DNA of 64,000 nt from Polyangiaceae bacterium (GCA_033763455.1 JANRKO010000031.1:11564-75563); one strand, 5' to 3'; positions 29,733 through 38,119 are shown, counted from the stretch's first letter. The notes: generated by a model not told the origin, from the letters alone. Program-made: numbers and translations.

Positions 29733-31607
29733 TCATTCACGCGGACGAATTAACTGAAAATACCGGCGCACATAAAAACGATAACCGGCCGGAACTTCGT
29801 CACTGTGAAGCACATCTTCGGCCACAGTTCGATAATCGGTGTAAACCTTGCTGTAACCGCGCCCCACAAATCCACGTTGAGCCGCCCCTTGAATTACCTC
29901 GGCCGATGCAGTGCCCTCACCCGTATCGGCGGCGACGGCGGAAACATCTTTGTATTGCCCATCGAGCTTGGTTGGATCTCCGCGCAGATTCTCATCGTGC
30001 CCAACCCCTGCCTCCGCCCCGCGCGAGCCGGGCCCATCGCCCCGGCCAGCCTTCTCACCACCAGGCATTCCCGGCTGCCCTGAGCCCGGTATTTCTACCC
30101 CAGGCCCGCTGCCGCCGCGACGCAACGTGATGGGGCCTTTTTGATCTTTGCCGTCTCCTTGGCCCGGAGGCGAACCTTCACCCGGTGAGCCGTTCTGGCC
30201 TCGCGCTTTCTGGCCAAAACGCAGCAAACGCTTCATCTGCTCTTTGCCGGCTTGGCCCTGCTGACGCAAAAGATCGCGCAGCTCCTCCAGGCGCTTTTTG
30301 AGCTGCTCTTTATCCTGCTGCGATGATTGCTGCTGAGCCGTCCGGTTGAGCTGCTCTGCACCCTCTTCCAAATCTTTGGCCGAGAGCCCCGCCTCCTTCA
30401 TCAACTTCTGTGCGGCTTCAGCGAGCTCCTTATCCAAACCCGAGAGCCCTTTGCCAGCGGCTTGTGCTTCACGCTTCTCACGATCAAGCCGCTCTAGGCG
30501 GCGTTCGAGCTCCTTTTGCTCGGCCGCTTCTTTGGGTGAGAGCTTCTCCCCTTTCTTTTTCTTGTTGAGAAGCCGGCGCTGCTGACTCATCAACTCCTGG
30601 CGACGCGATTCGATGCGCTGCTCACGTTTCTGCGTTTGCTGGCTGGCTGCCTCAAGAGCCTTCTTCAGGCGCTCAAGATCTTGCTGACTCAGCTTCTGCT
30701 TCTGTTCGCGCAGCTTGGCCGCGAGCTTCTCCAATTCCTTCTTCGCCGCGGGCAAATCGCGGCGCAAAAGTGCGTCCCCGAGCGGTTTGCTTTCTCGGCT
30801 CGCCTTGAGCTCAGTTCCCCGATCGGCCAAAGCCGCGTCAAATGCTTCCTTCTCGGCCTGCGAAGCATCCGCAAGCTCTCTTTCAAGCGCGTCGAGGCGG
30901 CGGAACACTTCATCGCGAGATATGCGTTCGGCCGCAATATCTAAGATCAGCTGGTTGAAGCGGGATACGGCCCGGCTCATCTCGGGCTGTGAGGATTCGG
31001 CCAAGCGCGCCGCCACATCTTTGAAGTACTCCACATCATCTGCGGTAAGCACGAGCGCTTTGGACCGGACAGGCAACTCCGGTGGCGGGGGCGGAGCAAC
31101 GCGCACCTCCAAAAAAGAGATGGCAGACAGCCCGACAGCCAGAGCAATAGACCAAGGTAGCTCTCGGGGAAACACGAAGGGAACCGCGCGCTTGGCCGAC
31201 AGCGTTTCGGCGACTGCCTCGGCGTCAGCAATGGCGGCTTGCATGAACGGTGTGCGCGCCTTCTCCGGAACCTCACTGAAAGAGAGCGCGTTGGCCACAC
31301 GCCCCTTCAGATGGTGGGAGTGGTCGAGCAGAAGAGCGCCGGCTCCGGCTTGCGGCCTCCGCACAAAAGTGAAGAAGACCACCACCAACCATGCCCCCGC
31401 GAGCAGGCCGCCGATAGTGAGCAGCGCCGTAGACAAAGATCCCGGCGGCTGCCCGAGCTTCATGTAGGTCAGAGCAAGCGCTCCATAGCCAAGCGGTACC
31501 GGAGCCAGACGGCTGGCCACCGCGCTCGTGCGATTGAGTCGGAGGCGAAGCTCCGCCGAGCGCGCCGCGCCACGCAAAGCTGATAGCTGCCGGAAGCTGG
31601 TTCCCAA
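29733..31607 (-). CDS. Membrane-anchored coiled-coil protein (MoxR operon partner)
   Basis: N-terminal TMs, long Q/E/K coiled coil, Gly-rich linker, C-terminal VPAGYRFYVRRYF. Confidence 0.8.
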   Translation of the reverse strand: MGTSFRQLSALRGAARSAELRLRLNRTSAVASRLAPVPLGYGALALTYMKLGQPPGSLSTALLTIGGLLAGAWLVVVFFTFVRRPQAGAGALLLDHSHHLKGRVANALSFSEVPEKARTPFMQAAIADAEAVAETLSAKRAVPFVFPRELPWSIALAVGLSAISFLEVRVAPPPPPELPVRSKALVLTADDVEYFKDVAARLAESSQPEMSRAVSRFNQLILDIAAERISRDEVFRRLDALERELADASQAEKEAFDAALADRGTELKASRESKPLGDALLRRDLPAAKKELEKLAAKLREQKQKLSQQDLERLKKALEAASQQTQKREQRIESRRQELMSQQRRLLNKKKKGEKLSPKEAAEQKELERRLERLDREKREAQAAGKGLSGLDKELAEAAQKLMKEAGLSAKDLEEGAEQLNRTAQQQSSQQDKEQLKKRLEELRDLLRQQGQAGKEQMKRLLRFGQKARGQNGSPGEGSPPGQGDGKDQKGPITLRRGGSGPGVEIPGSGQPGMPGGEKAGRGDGPGSRGAEAGVGHDENLRGDPTKLDGQYKDVSAVAADTGEGTASAEVIQGAAQRGFVGRGYSKVYTDYRTVAEDVLHSDEVPAGYRFYVRRYFQLIRPRE

Positions 31608-31932
31608 GGTTTATAGCTCCAAGATGAACGCGACTCGTGAGGAAGGCGGACCCGAATGCAGACACGCGGGCCTTCCTCGACCTTGGCCAATGCTAGCGCG
31701 CCCACCGCCCCGCCACCCACCACTTCAGCCGAAAATCGGCGACTCGAAGCCCACTTTCGCTCTCGAAGCGGATCCGTTGGGGGGCAAGCGCGGCCTGTTA
31801 CGGAAGTCCATGCGCCCCGTACGGCAGCAAAGCGTTTACCCGCCCGAGGGCTTCGAGCATTTAGCACTCCCCTGCGCGGCCAGTTAGCGGTACTTTCCGG
31901 GCCTTAAGCGGCTTTTTTTGAGCGAGGAGAAA

Positions 31933-33081
31933 ATGGCGGATTCAAAAACGGTAGTTCTGGTTGCTGACGACGAGCCGAGCACGCTCGCTATGGTCTCTGC
32001 GCACTTGCGAGGCAAAGGTTTTCGTGTCCTCGAGGCGACTGACGGCGATCAGGCTTGGGAGCTCGCGCACGAACACCTGCCGCACCTGGTGGTACTCGAT
32101 GTGATGATGCCGGGCATGAGTGGGTGGGAGGTCTGCAAGAAGATCCGCGAAGCCGTCTCGCTCGCCCACGCAGGCGTTATCATGTTGACTGGTATCGGCG
32201 ACGCGCTCAACGAAATGACCTCGCCCCTTTATGGTGCAGATGCCTACGTCGACAAGCCTTTTGAATTCGCCGATCTCGATCGCAAGATCGACGAGACGCT
32301 CGCACGTCGCCGCGAGGGTGCACTCGGCCGCGCTGATTTTGACGACGACAGCGAAAGCACTGGGCCCGCTTCAACGGGGCCTGGGCTTGCCAAGGCCAAA
32401 AGCCCCAAACGAAGTGTGCGCTTGAAGAAAGCAGCAGCCACGCAAACGGAGCTCGCGTTCGTGAGTGTGCTCAGTGCTTCAACCCCTGAGAAGCTAGAGC
32501 AGCCAGCCGCCAAAAAGCCCACGAGTGAGCCCAAAGTGGCCAAGAAATCCGCGCCCAGCGCGAAAGCTAAGCCCGCAAAGCCTGTGGCCGAAAAACCTGT
32601 GGCGAACGCGAAGCCTGCCGCCAAAGCTGCCAAGTCACCAGCGAACGCGAAGCCTGCTGCCAAAGCTGCTAAGTCAGCAGCGAACGCGAAGCCTGCTGCC
32701 AAAGCTGCTAAGCCCGTAGCTAAAGCTGCGAAGAAGCCTGCTGCCAAAGCTGCTAAGCCCGTAGCTAAAGCTGCGAAGAAGCCTGCTGCCAAAGCTGCTA
32801 AGCCTGTTGCGAAAGCTAAGCCCGTAGCTAAAGCTGCGAAGAAGCCTGCTGCCAAAGCTGCTAAGCCCGTGGCGAAAGCTAAACCCGTGGCAAAAGCTGC
32901 TAAGCCTGTAGCTAAGGCTGCGAAGAAGCCTGCCGCCAAAGCTGCGAAGCCTGTTGCGAAAGCTAAGCCTGCTACCAAGGCTGCGAAGGGGCCCGTCGCT
33001 CAGAGAGGTGCCGCTAAAGCGCCCCCCAAGGCAGCCAAGCCGACGAAAAAGCCCGGCAAGAAATCCAACAAACGCGGCTGA
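31933..33081 (+). CDS. Response-regulator receiver domain with a histone H1/AlgP-like KPAAKAA tail
   Basis: ADDE, LDVMMPGMSG, MLT, KPF; about 190 aa of K/A/P repeats; GAGGAG RBS. Confidence 0.9.
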   Translation: MADSKTVVLVADDEPSTLAMVSAHLRGKGFRVLEATDGDQAWELAHEHLPHLVVLDVMMPGMSGWEVCKKIREAVSLAHAGVIMLTGIGDALNEMTSPLYGADAYVDKPFEFADLDRKIDETLARRREGALGRADFDDDSESTGPASTGPGLAKAKSPKRSVRLKKAAATQTELAFVSVLSASTPEKLEQPAAKKPTSEPKVAKKSAPSAKAKPAKPVAEKPVANAKPAAKAAKSPANAKPAAKAAKSAANAKPAAKAAKPVAKAAKKPAAKAAKPVAKAAKKPAAKAAKPVAKAKPVAKAAKKPAAKAAKPVAKAKPVAKAAKPVAKAAKKPAAKAAKPVAKAKPATKAAKGPVAQRGAAKAPPKAAKPTKKPGKKSNKRG

Positions 33082-33168
33082 TCCAGCGGTGCGGCGTGAT
33101 CGGCGCGCTTAGGTGATCCTCGAGCGAGACGGGCTGGAACCCGTTGAATCCGCACGGAAGCGGAAATC

Positions 33169-33764
33169 TCACAAGGCCCGATGGCGACGAAAGCTGAGCT
33201 GCTCAGGTAACCACCTACCAGGATCAGCCATGCATTCGGCGAACGAGCGCGCAAAAAGCTCGGCGGGCACCGAGACTTCGAATTCACGCGTGTCCCGCTT
33301 GATGGCCATGTTGCCAAGGATAGGACACGAGATCTCCCCGAGGTCGGACACGTGAATGCCTCCACGCACGGAAGCCTTAGTAGATGTTCAGCTCCTTGAG
33401 CTTGTTGTAAAGCGTGCGACGGCTGACGCGAAGCAGACGTGGTGGGAGGATAGTAGAGCGTGGGCGTGCGCAGCAGAATGCGCAGGCCCTGGGTGATCGG
33501 AATTCCACCTCGGGGTCGAAAACCGAATCCGCTGACGATTGGCGTCGTACCAGCGAGAACACCGAACGCGGCATAGTCGGTGACACCCATCGACAACTCA
33601 CCCATCACGGGAAAAGGGATCCCTGTGGCAAGCGCAACTCCGAAGTTGCCGTTACCCGGTAGCCAAGGATCGGATGAAGGCGAAGCGCTGCGATCGGATA
33701 ACGGCGCTGCGCCGGCAAGCGCCGTCGTCAATAGTATCGCGAGAGCAAGGCAAGTGGGTTTCAT
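33169..33764 (-). pseudogene. Mosaic of gene fragments: exported protein N-terminus, Fis-type HTH end of a sigma54 activator, further fragment
   Basis: MKPTCLALAILL signal peptide and beta-rich region joined near 33440 to RLLRVSRRTLYNKLKELNIY-stop in another frame. Confidence 0.6.
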
Positions 33765-33776
33765 GCCTCTGCCTTC

Positions 33777-33873
33777 AGCAGCTAGCGTGCCAGCCTGAAA
33801 GCTCCGCTTTTGCCGAATCTTTCGCTCCTTTGCTCGTGTGCAGGGGTGTGCAGCTCTGCGCACTCGATACACA
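33777..33873 (-). promoter_or_regulatory. Sigma54 promoter TGGCACGCTAGCTGCT with upstream TGCAC-rich activator site
   Basis: -24/-12 element at 33777-33792 (minus); 39-bp element at 33835-33873. Confidence 0.7.
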
Positions 33874-33994
33874 ATGCGGCCCCGCGCTTGGTGGCCTTGT
33901 CGCGGTCGCCCGCCTGCCGCACGAAGCTGCCCAACTCAGCAAACAACGCCGGCATCGCTGGGCTCAGCCATGAACCGTCCGCCAGCTAAGCTGC

Positions 33995-34026
33995 TTGCCT
34001 ACTTAGGTATGATAAACTATCATACC
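33995..34026 (+). promoter_or_regulatory. Sigma70-like promoter with palindromic operator of the TA operon
   Basis: TTGCCT-N17-TATCAT; perfect inverted repeat GGTATGATA-AAC-TATCATACC overlapping the -10; ATG 7 nt after the -10. Confidence 0.75.
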
Positions 34027-34030
34027 AACC

Positions 34031-34273
34031 ATGCCCAAGGCGAAGGTAGCTATCACGTTGGAACGCTCTACATTGGAGCGTTTAGACCGGCTGGTGGAAA
34101 GGGCGCGGTTCCTCAACCGTAGCCAGGCGGTCGAGATCGCGGTGGAAGAGAAACTCGCGCGGTTAGAGCGAAGTCGGCTCGCCGAAGAATGTGCCAAGCT
34201 CGATCCTACGGAAGAGCGGGCTCTCGCCAATTTGGGTTGGGAAGCAGACGGTGAAGCGTGGCCGGAATACTGA
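34031..34273 (+). CDS. Ribbon-helix-helix (CopG-type) antitoxin
   Basis: KVAITL..LERLDRLV..NRSQAVEIAV; acidic C-terminus; overlaps the toxin gene. Confidence 0.88.
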   Translation: MPKAKVAITLERSTLERLDRLVERARFLNRSQAVEIAVEEKLARLERSRLAEECAKLDPTEERALANLGWEADGEAWPEY

Positions 34274-34596
34274 GGGGCGAGCTGCGATGGGCAGACCTTG
34301 ATCCGACGCGTGGGCGTGAACAATCAGGTCTTCGGCCCGTGCTGATCTTGAGTCATGACGTTTTCAACGCGCGCTCGGGGACCGTTATCGCAATGGCTCT
34401 TACGAGCCAGCCTCAGCGTGCCGGGTTTCCTTTGACGCTGGAGCCGACGAGCTCGAAGCTAAAGAAGCCATCGTGGTTGAAGATCAGCCAGATCCGTACA
34501 CTCTCCGTGGAACGTATCGGGAAACGGCTGGGGCGACTGTCTGCGGAGGAGCTCAGCCAAGCCGTCGAAGGGCTCAATGAGATCATCGGCGCATGA
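34258..34596 (+). CDS. mazF: PemK/MazF family toxin
   Basis: RGELRWADLDPTRGREQSGLRPVLILS, LTSQ, SQIRTLSVERI. Confidence 0.93.
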   Translation: MAGILRGELRWADLDPTRGREQSGLRPVLILSHDVFNARSGTVIAMALTSQPQRAGFPLTLEPTSSKLKKPSWLKISQIRTLSVERIGKRLGRLSAEELSQAVEGLNEIIGA

Positions 34597-34737
34597 ATCC
34601 GCGTTGGAGCTAGGGGGTTGCGACGACGACCCCGACCACTCCGCCCCGCGCGCGTCAACGAGCTTTCGGAGCTTGGAGAAGCGCGCTGATTCGTAAAACA
34701 GTTTCTCAGCGAGCAAGCGCAGAACACCATCAAGACC

Positions 34738-34833
34738 TGTGCAGCAAGTGAGCAGCGCTGCACACCCTTGCACACGCGGCACCGGTTGAAACCCCGGCAA
34801 TACTGGCAGTTTGAAGGTGGCACGCTTGCTGCT
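34738..34833 (+). promoter_or_regulatory. Sigma54 promoter TGGCACGCTTGCTGCT with upstream TGCAC-rich activator site
   Basis: -24/-12 element at 34818-34833; 39-bp element at 34738-34776 is 33/39 identical to the inverted copy at 33835. Confidence 0.7.
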
Positions 34834-34883
34834 CAAGACCGAACAGAAAACGCCTACCCAAGGATTCTGAGAGGTTGGAAGGA

Positions 34884-35546
34884 ATGAAATACAATCATAT
34901 GTCCAATGGTGTCGTGGCATCTTGCAGGAGGGGGCTGCTCCTTGTCGCCCTGCTCATAGCCCCAATGGCGGCTACAAAGCCCGCCCAGGCGCAGGCCGCA
35001 AGCCACGCTGGCACAGGCTCGGAACGTCGGGAACGGCCGCCTGCAGCAGCACCACCAGTTACTCGCTGGTATGGGTACCAGACGGGGCTGAGCGATGTTG
35101 CGGCGGTGGGTATGATCTACGGAGCCGTGGCGACCTACGAATTCTGTTGGAACCTGGGGATCTCTTTGAATGATCACCCCGCTGGAGACGAAGGATCGGA
35201 GTCGTGCGACAACAGCAGCTCTACCGCTTTCGCTCTCGCGGGCGCGGGGACATACCTGTTCGGCGCTCCAACGGTCCACGCCCTCCACGGCTCTTGGGAG
35301 AAGGCGGGCTTGAGCTTTGGGATGCGTTCATTGCCAATCGTCCTAGGTGTGGGTTTGGCCCAATCAGAAGAAACGAATGGTTTAGCAGCAGCGGTGCTGA
35401 TTGCCGGTCCCTTGTTGGCAATGACCATCGACCACGCATGGCTTGCGCGCGAGGAAGCTAAGGCGCAAGGCAGTGCCTGGTATGTCGCCCCAACAGTGGA
35501 TCTGAAGAAAAGTGCCGCTCACCTGTCTGTTGGAGCCTCGTTCTGA
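34884..35546 (+). CDS. Exported/membrane hypothetical protein
   Basis: Signal peptide, RWYGYQT..D, P.VHALHG, C-terminal VAP..LSVGASF. Confidence 0.7.
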   Translation: MKYNHMSNGVVASCRRGLLLVALLIAPMAATKPAQAQAASHAGTGSERRERPPAAAPPVTRWYGYQTGLSDVAAVGMIYGAVATYEFCWNLGISLNDHPAGDEGSESCDNSSSTAFALAGAGTYLFGAPTVHALHGSWEKAGLSFGMRSLPIVLGVGLAQSEETNGLAAAVLIAGPLLAMTIDHAWLAREEAKAQGSAWYVAPTVDLKKSAAHLSVGASF

Positions 35547-35597
35547 ATCACCGCCAGCAAACGGCCTCGCAGCCACTGCTTTCGCCGGGGCCCGAAG

Positions 35598-36704
35598 CTA
35601 TGGCTCCGGCGCCCAGTTCGGGTTGCGGTAGTCCGCGTCCGCAGGCGTGACCAAACAAGGCACGCTCCCGACAGCTCGCGAAGTTACGGCGATCCGCGCA
35701 AGATTGTTCGCCGTATCGATTCGCTCATACGCGAGCACATCCACTGTGGCCCACGCAGGCTTGGCTAAGCTAAAGGGTTCCTGCGGAGTTACGCGCCGGC
35801 CGTCGCACGGGGCAGTAGCCGTGCCATAAGGGGTCGTCCAAATAGACGCACCTTCTGCCGCAAAGCCCGTGCTGCAATTCACCGAGTAGGCGACCTCGCG
35901 ACCGTCGGGCGAAACAGCAGGCATCTTGATGGTGGTGGTCGAATTCTGAACCACGGGCCTTATCGCCAGGTTATCAAGCCGAGCAGCGTTAAGCTCGTTG
36001 TTTCGATCGAACAGAACCTCCTCACCGTCAGCGCTGAATTCAGGCCAGAAATAAGCATTAAAGGTATCGAGACCGGTGGCAATCAGGCGCTCGCCGAGGC
36101 CATCCACACCGATAACGTAAACCGACGCCCCACTGTGAAACGCGATGAACCTGCCATCGCGCGAGAAGCCTGCCTGATCCGCCCCCTCCGGTCGCGACGT
36201 GAGCTGGCTTAAGCTGCCCGATGCCAGGTGCAGAAGGAAAATTTGCGGTTGGCCGTTCATGTCCGAGGTAAACACCAGCGACGCCCCGTCAGGTGAAAAG
36301 TTCGGCTCCGTTTCAGCGCTCGGGTAGTCCGTGACGCGCACGCGCTCGCTTCCATCGGCCCGAGAAATGAAAATGTCGCGATTGAAACCTAATGCGTCCG
36401 AATCGTACGCGATGCGCCGCGCGAGTATTTGCGCGCTGACACCACACTCTTGAGATGTCGCCGGCACGGAGGTGATACCCGATGGCGTGGGGCCAGGGCC
36501 CGCAGCGTTCGCCTTTCCACCGACGGCCGAGTTAACTTTGCCACCTGAGGGGCTGCCCGGGCTGGGCCCTCCCGGGGAGTTCAATGCCCCACCCGAGCCA
36601 GTGACAGCTGTATTCGCACCTGGCTCTGCTTCAATGTTTGTGGCACCGCCGCAGGCAGCAGCAAAAAGCGAGCTGAATATGATGGCGCAATATCTAAGCT
36701 TCAT
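35598..36704 (-). CDS. TolB-like PD40 beta-propeller lipoprotein
   Basis: Lipobox AAAC; repeats PNFSPDG, GFSRDG, PEFSADG, PAVSPDG. Confidence 0.88.
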   Translation of the reverse strand: MKLRYCAIIFSSLFAAACGGATNIEAEPGANTAVTGSGGALNSPGGPSPGSPSGGKVNSAVGGKANAAGPGPTPSGITSVPATSQECGVSAQILARRIAYDSDALGFNRDIFISRADGSERVRVTDYPSAETEPNFSPDGASLVFTSDMNGQPQIFLLHLASGSLSQLTSRPEGADQAGFSRDGRFIAFHSGASVYVIGVDGLGERLIATGLDTFNAYFWPEFSADGEEVLFDRNNELNAARLDNLAIRPVVQNSTTTIKMPAVSPDGREVAYSVNCSTGFAAEGASIWTTPYGTATAPCDGRRVTPQEPFSLAKPAWATVDVLAYERIDTANNLARIAVTSRAVGSVPCLVTPADADYRNPNWAPEP

Positions 36705-36891
36705 TGGTGTGCTCCCTCCGAACGTGTTTGGGAATGTCCAATATAGCATGCTCCAACAACGATATCAGGCAGGAAAAAACCAATGAAACTGTGCAGCAAG
36801 ATCTGTGGACCTCTAGGGGCAACCCTAGTGTCGGCTCGGGAGCGCACAACCTCGGTAAGTTCGGCGGCTATACGCTTGAGGTTCTGTGGCT

Positions 36892-38085
36892 TCAGTGTTC
36901 CTTGGCGTCGACCCTTGTGGTGGCAATCTTTCGAATGTCGTCGATCCCGTACCGGAGCGCAGCGATGCGTTCGAGTCCGAAGCCCGCGCCGAGAGCGGTT
37001 CGTCTAGCGGTTGCGCCAAGCGCCTGCAGCACCCACGGAGCGTATTCGCCCAGGGCGATCACTTCGGACCAATCGTCTTTCTCGCGCACGTCGATGCTGA
37101 AGGCACGGCTGCACATTGGGTAGGACGTTGGCGAGACACGCACCTCGCGGCCTGGCAGCACGTTATCTAGCGCTTTCAAGAGGCGTCCCGCGAGCCAGAA
37201 ACCGTCGATCGTGTCTTTGTCGTCGATCGCGAAGAGCTCGAGCTGGTGGAACGCTTCGAGATGCGTCGCGCTTTCTTTCTCCTTGCGATAGACCTTGCCA
37301 GACGCCCACAACCGCTGCGGCGAACCGTTGAGTTTGATCGTTGTCAACAGCGGTAGCGTCAGGTCGTAGCGCAACACGTGCTCGCCAGAGATGCGTTGCA
37401 GCGCTGATCGCTCGATGTAAACGGCGTCTCCACCAAGCGCTTTTTCCGTTGCGTCGAGGTCGAGGTCTTCAGGTACCTCGACACGCGTGAAACCAGGGAA
37501 TGCTTCGTTGATCGCCGCGAGAGTCAGCGCCACCGGATTTCCTGCGATGTCGCTGAGGCGTGGCCGCGCGAGCAGCTCGATGATACTAGTCGGCAAGTCG
37601 CCGGGGATTTTTAGATCTCGTTGCTCTTCCATTTCTATTTCCTTTCGCAGCTTCTCCCGGATACGCTGCAAACGTTTGCGTTCCGTGGCGGACCCGATTT
37701 GTAGACCACCGTAGTAGTGCGCTTCGCAAAGTTGGCGTTCTTCGCGACTGAGTGTCAGCAGTGCGCGAGACAGAAGGCGTTGCTGCGCCTCCGTCCACCG
37801 CGTTTCGTCCTCGTCGAGGAATGGCGGCGTTTCGGCGTCATGGAAATCGACCCACTGCGCACGGCTGCGTTTCTTGCGGTTGAGCGCAGTCGTTACGACG
37901 ATGCGGCGCAGCCAGCCTGGAAAGGCGCGATCCTCCTGGAGCTGCGCAAGGCGGCGAAACGCCGTGGCGTACGCGTCCTGAACGACATCGCGGGCATCAC
38001 TCTCGCGGCGCACGATACGCCACGCAACCGCATACGCCATTGCGTAAGTGGCACGTACGTGCGTTTCGAAATCCGCGAGCTCCAT
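36892..38085 (-). CDS. ECF sigma factor fused to a class II aaRS (PheRS-alpha-like) catalytic domain
   Basis: Sigma2: DARDVVQDAY..AFPGWLRRIV; shortened sigma4; motif 2 GKVYRKE..ATHLEAFHQLE; motif 3 GAGFGLERIAALRYGIDDIR. Confidence 0.9.
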   Translation of the reverse strand: MELADFETHVRATYAMAYAVAWRIVRRESDARDVVQDAYATAFRRLAQLQEDRAFPGWLRRIVVTTALNRKKRSRAQWVDFHDAETPPFLDEDETRWTEAQQRLLSRALLTLSREERQLCEAHYYGGLQIGSATERKRLQRIREKLRKEIEMEEQRDLKIPGDLPTSIIELLARPRLSDIAGNPVALTLAAINEAFPGFTRVEVPEDLDLDATEKALGGDAVYIERSALQRISGEHVLRYDLTLPLLTTIKLNGSPQRLWASGKVYRKEKESATHLEAFHQLELFAIDDKDTIDGFWLAGRLLKALDNVLPGREVRVSPTSYPMCSRAFSIDVREKDDWSEVIALGEYAPWVLQALGATARRTALGAGFGLERIAALRYGIDDIRKIATTRVDAKEH

Positions 38086-38119
38086 GCCCTAAGGACACAA
38101 GCTCCGGCTCAGTGTGACA
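38086..38119 (-). promoter_or_regulatory. Putative ECF-type promoter TGTCACA-N15-TGTC, probably leaderless
   Basis: TGTCACA at 38119-38113, TGTC at 38097-38094, 8 nt to the ATG, no good RBS. Confidence 0.55.

Noticed and set aside
32244..32978. Hydrophobic repeat membrane protein on the minus strand
   Set aside because: Antisense reading of the KPAAKAA repeats; the same applies to 19790..20128 and 49989..50498
33000..33872. Single 290-aa gene
   Set aside because: Reads through unrelated fragments and overlaps the receiver gene; better explained as debris
33835..34776. Transposon terminal inverted repeats around the TA
   Set aside because: No transposase or target duplication seen; fixed spacing to -24/-12 elements fits enhancers better
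36892..38085. Housekeeping pheS or pyrrolysine system
   Set aside because: No pheT, pylBCD or tRNA nearby; substrate-pocket residues differ; the N-terminus is a sigma factor
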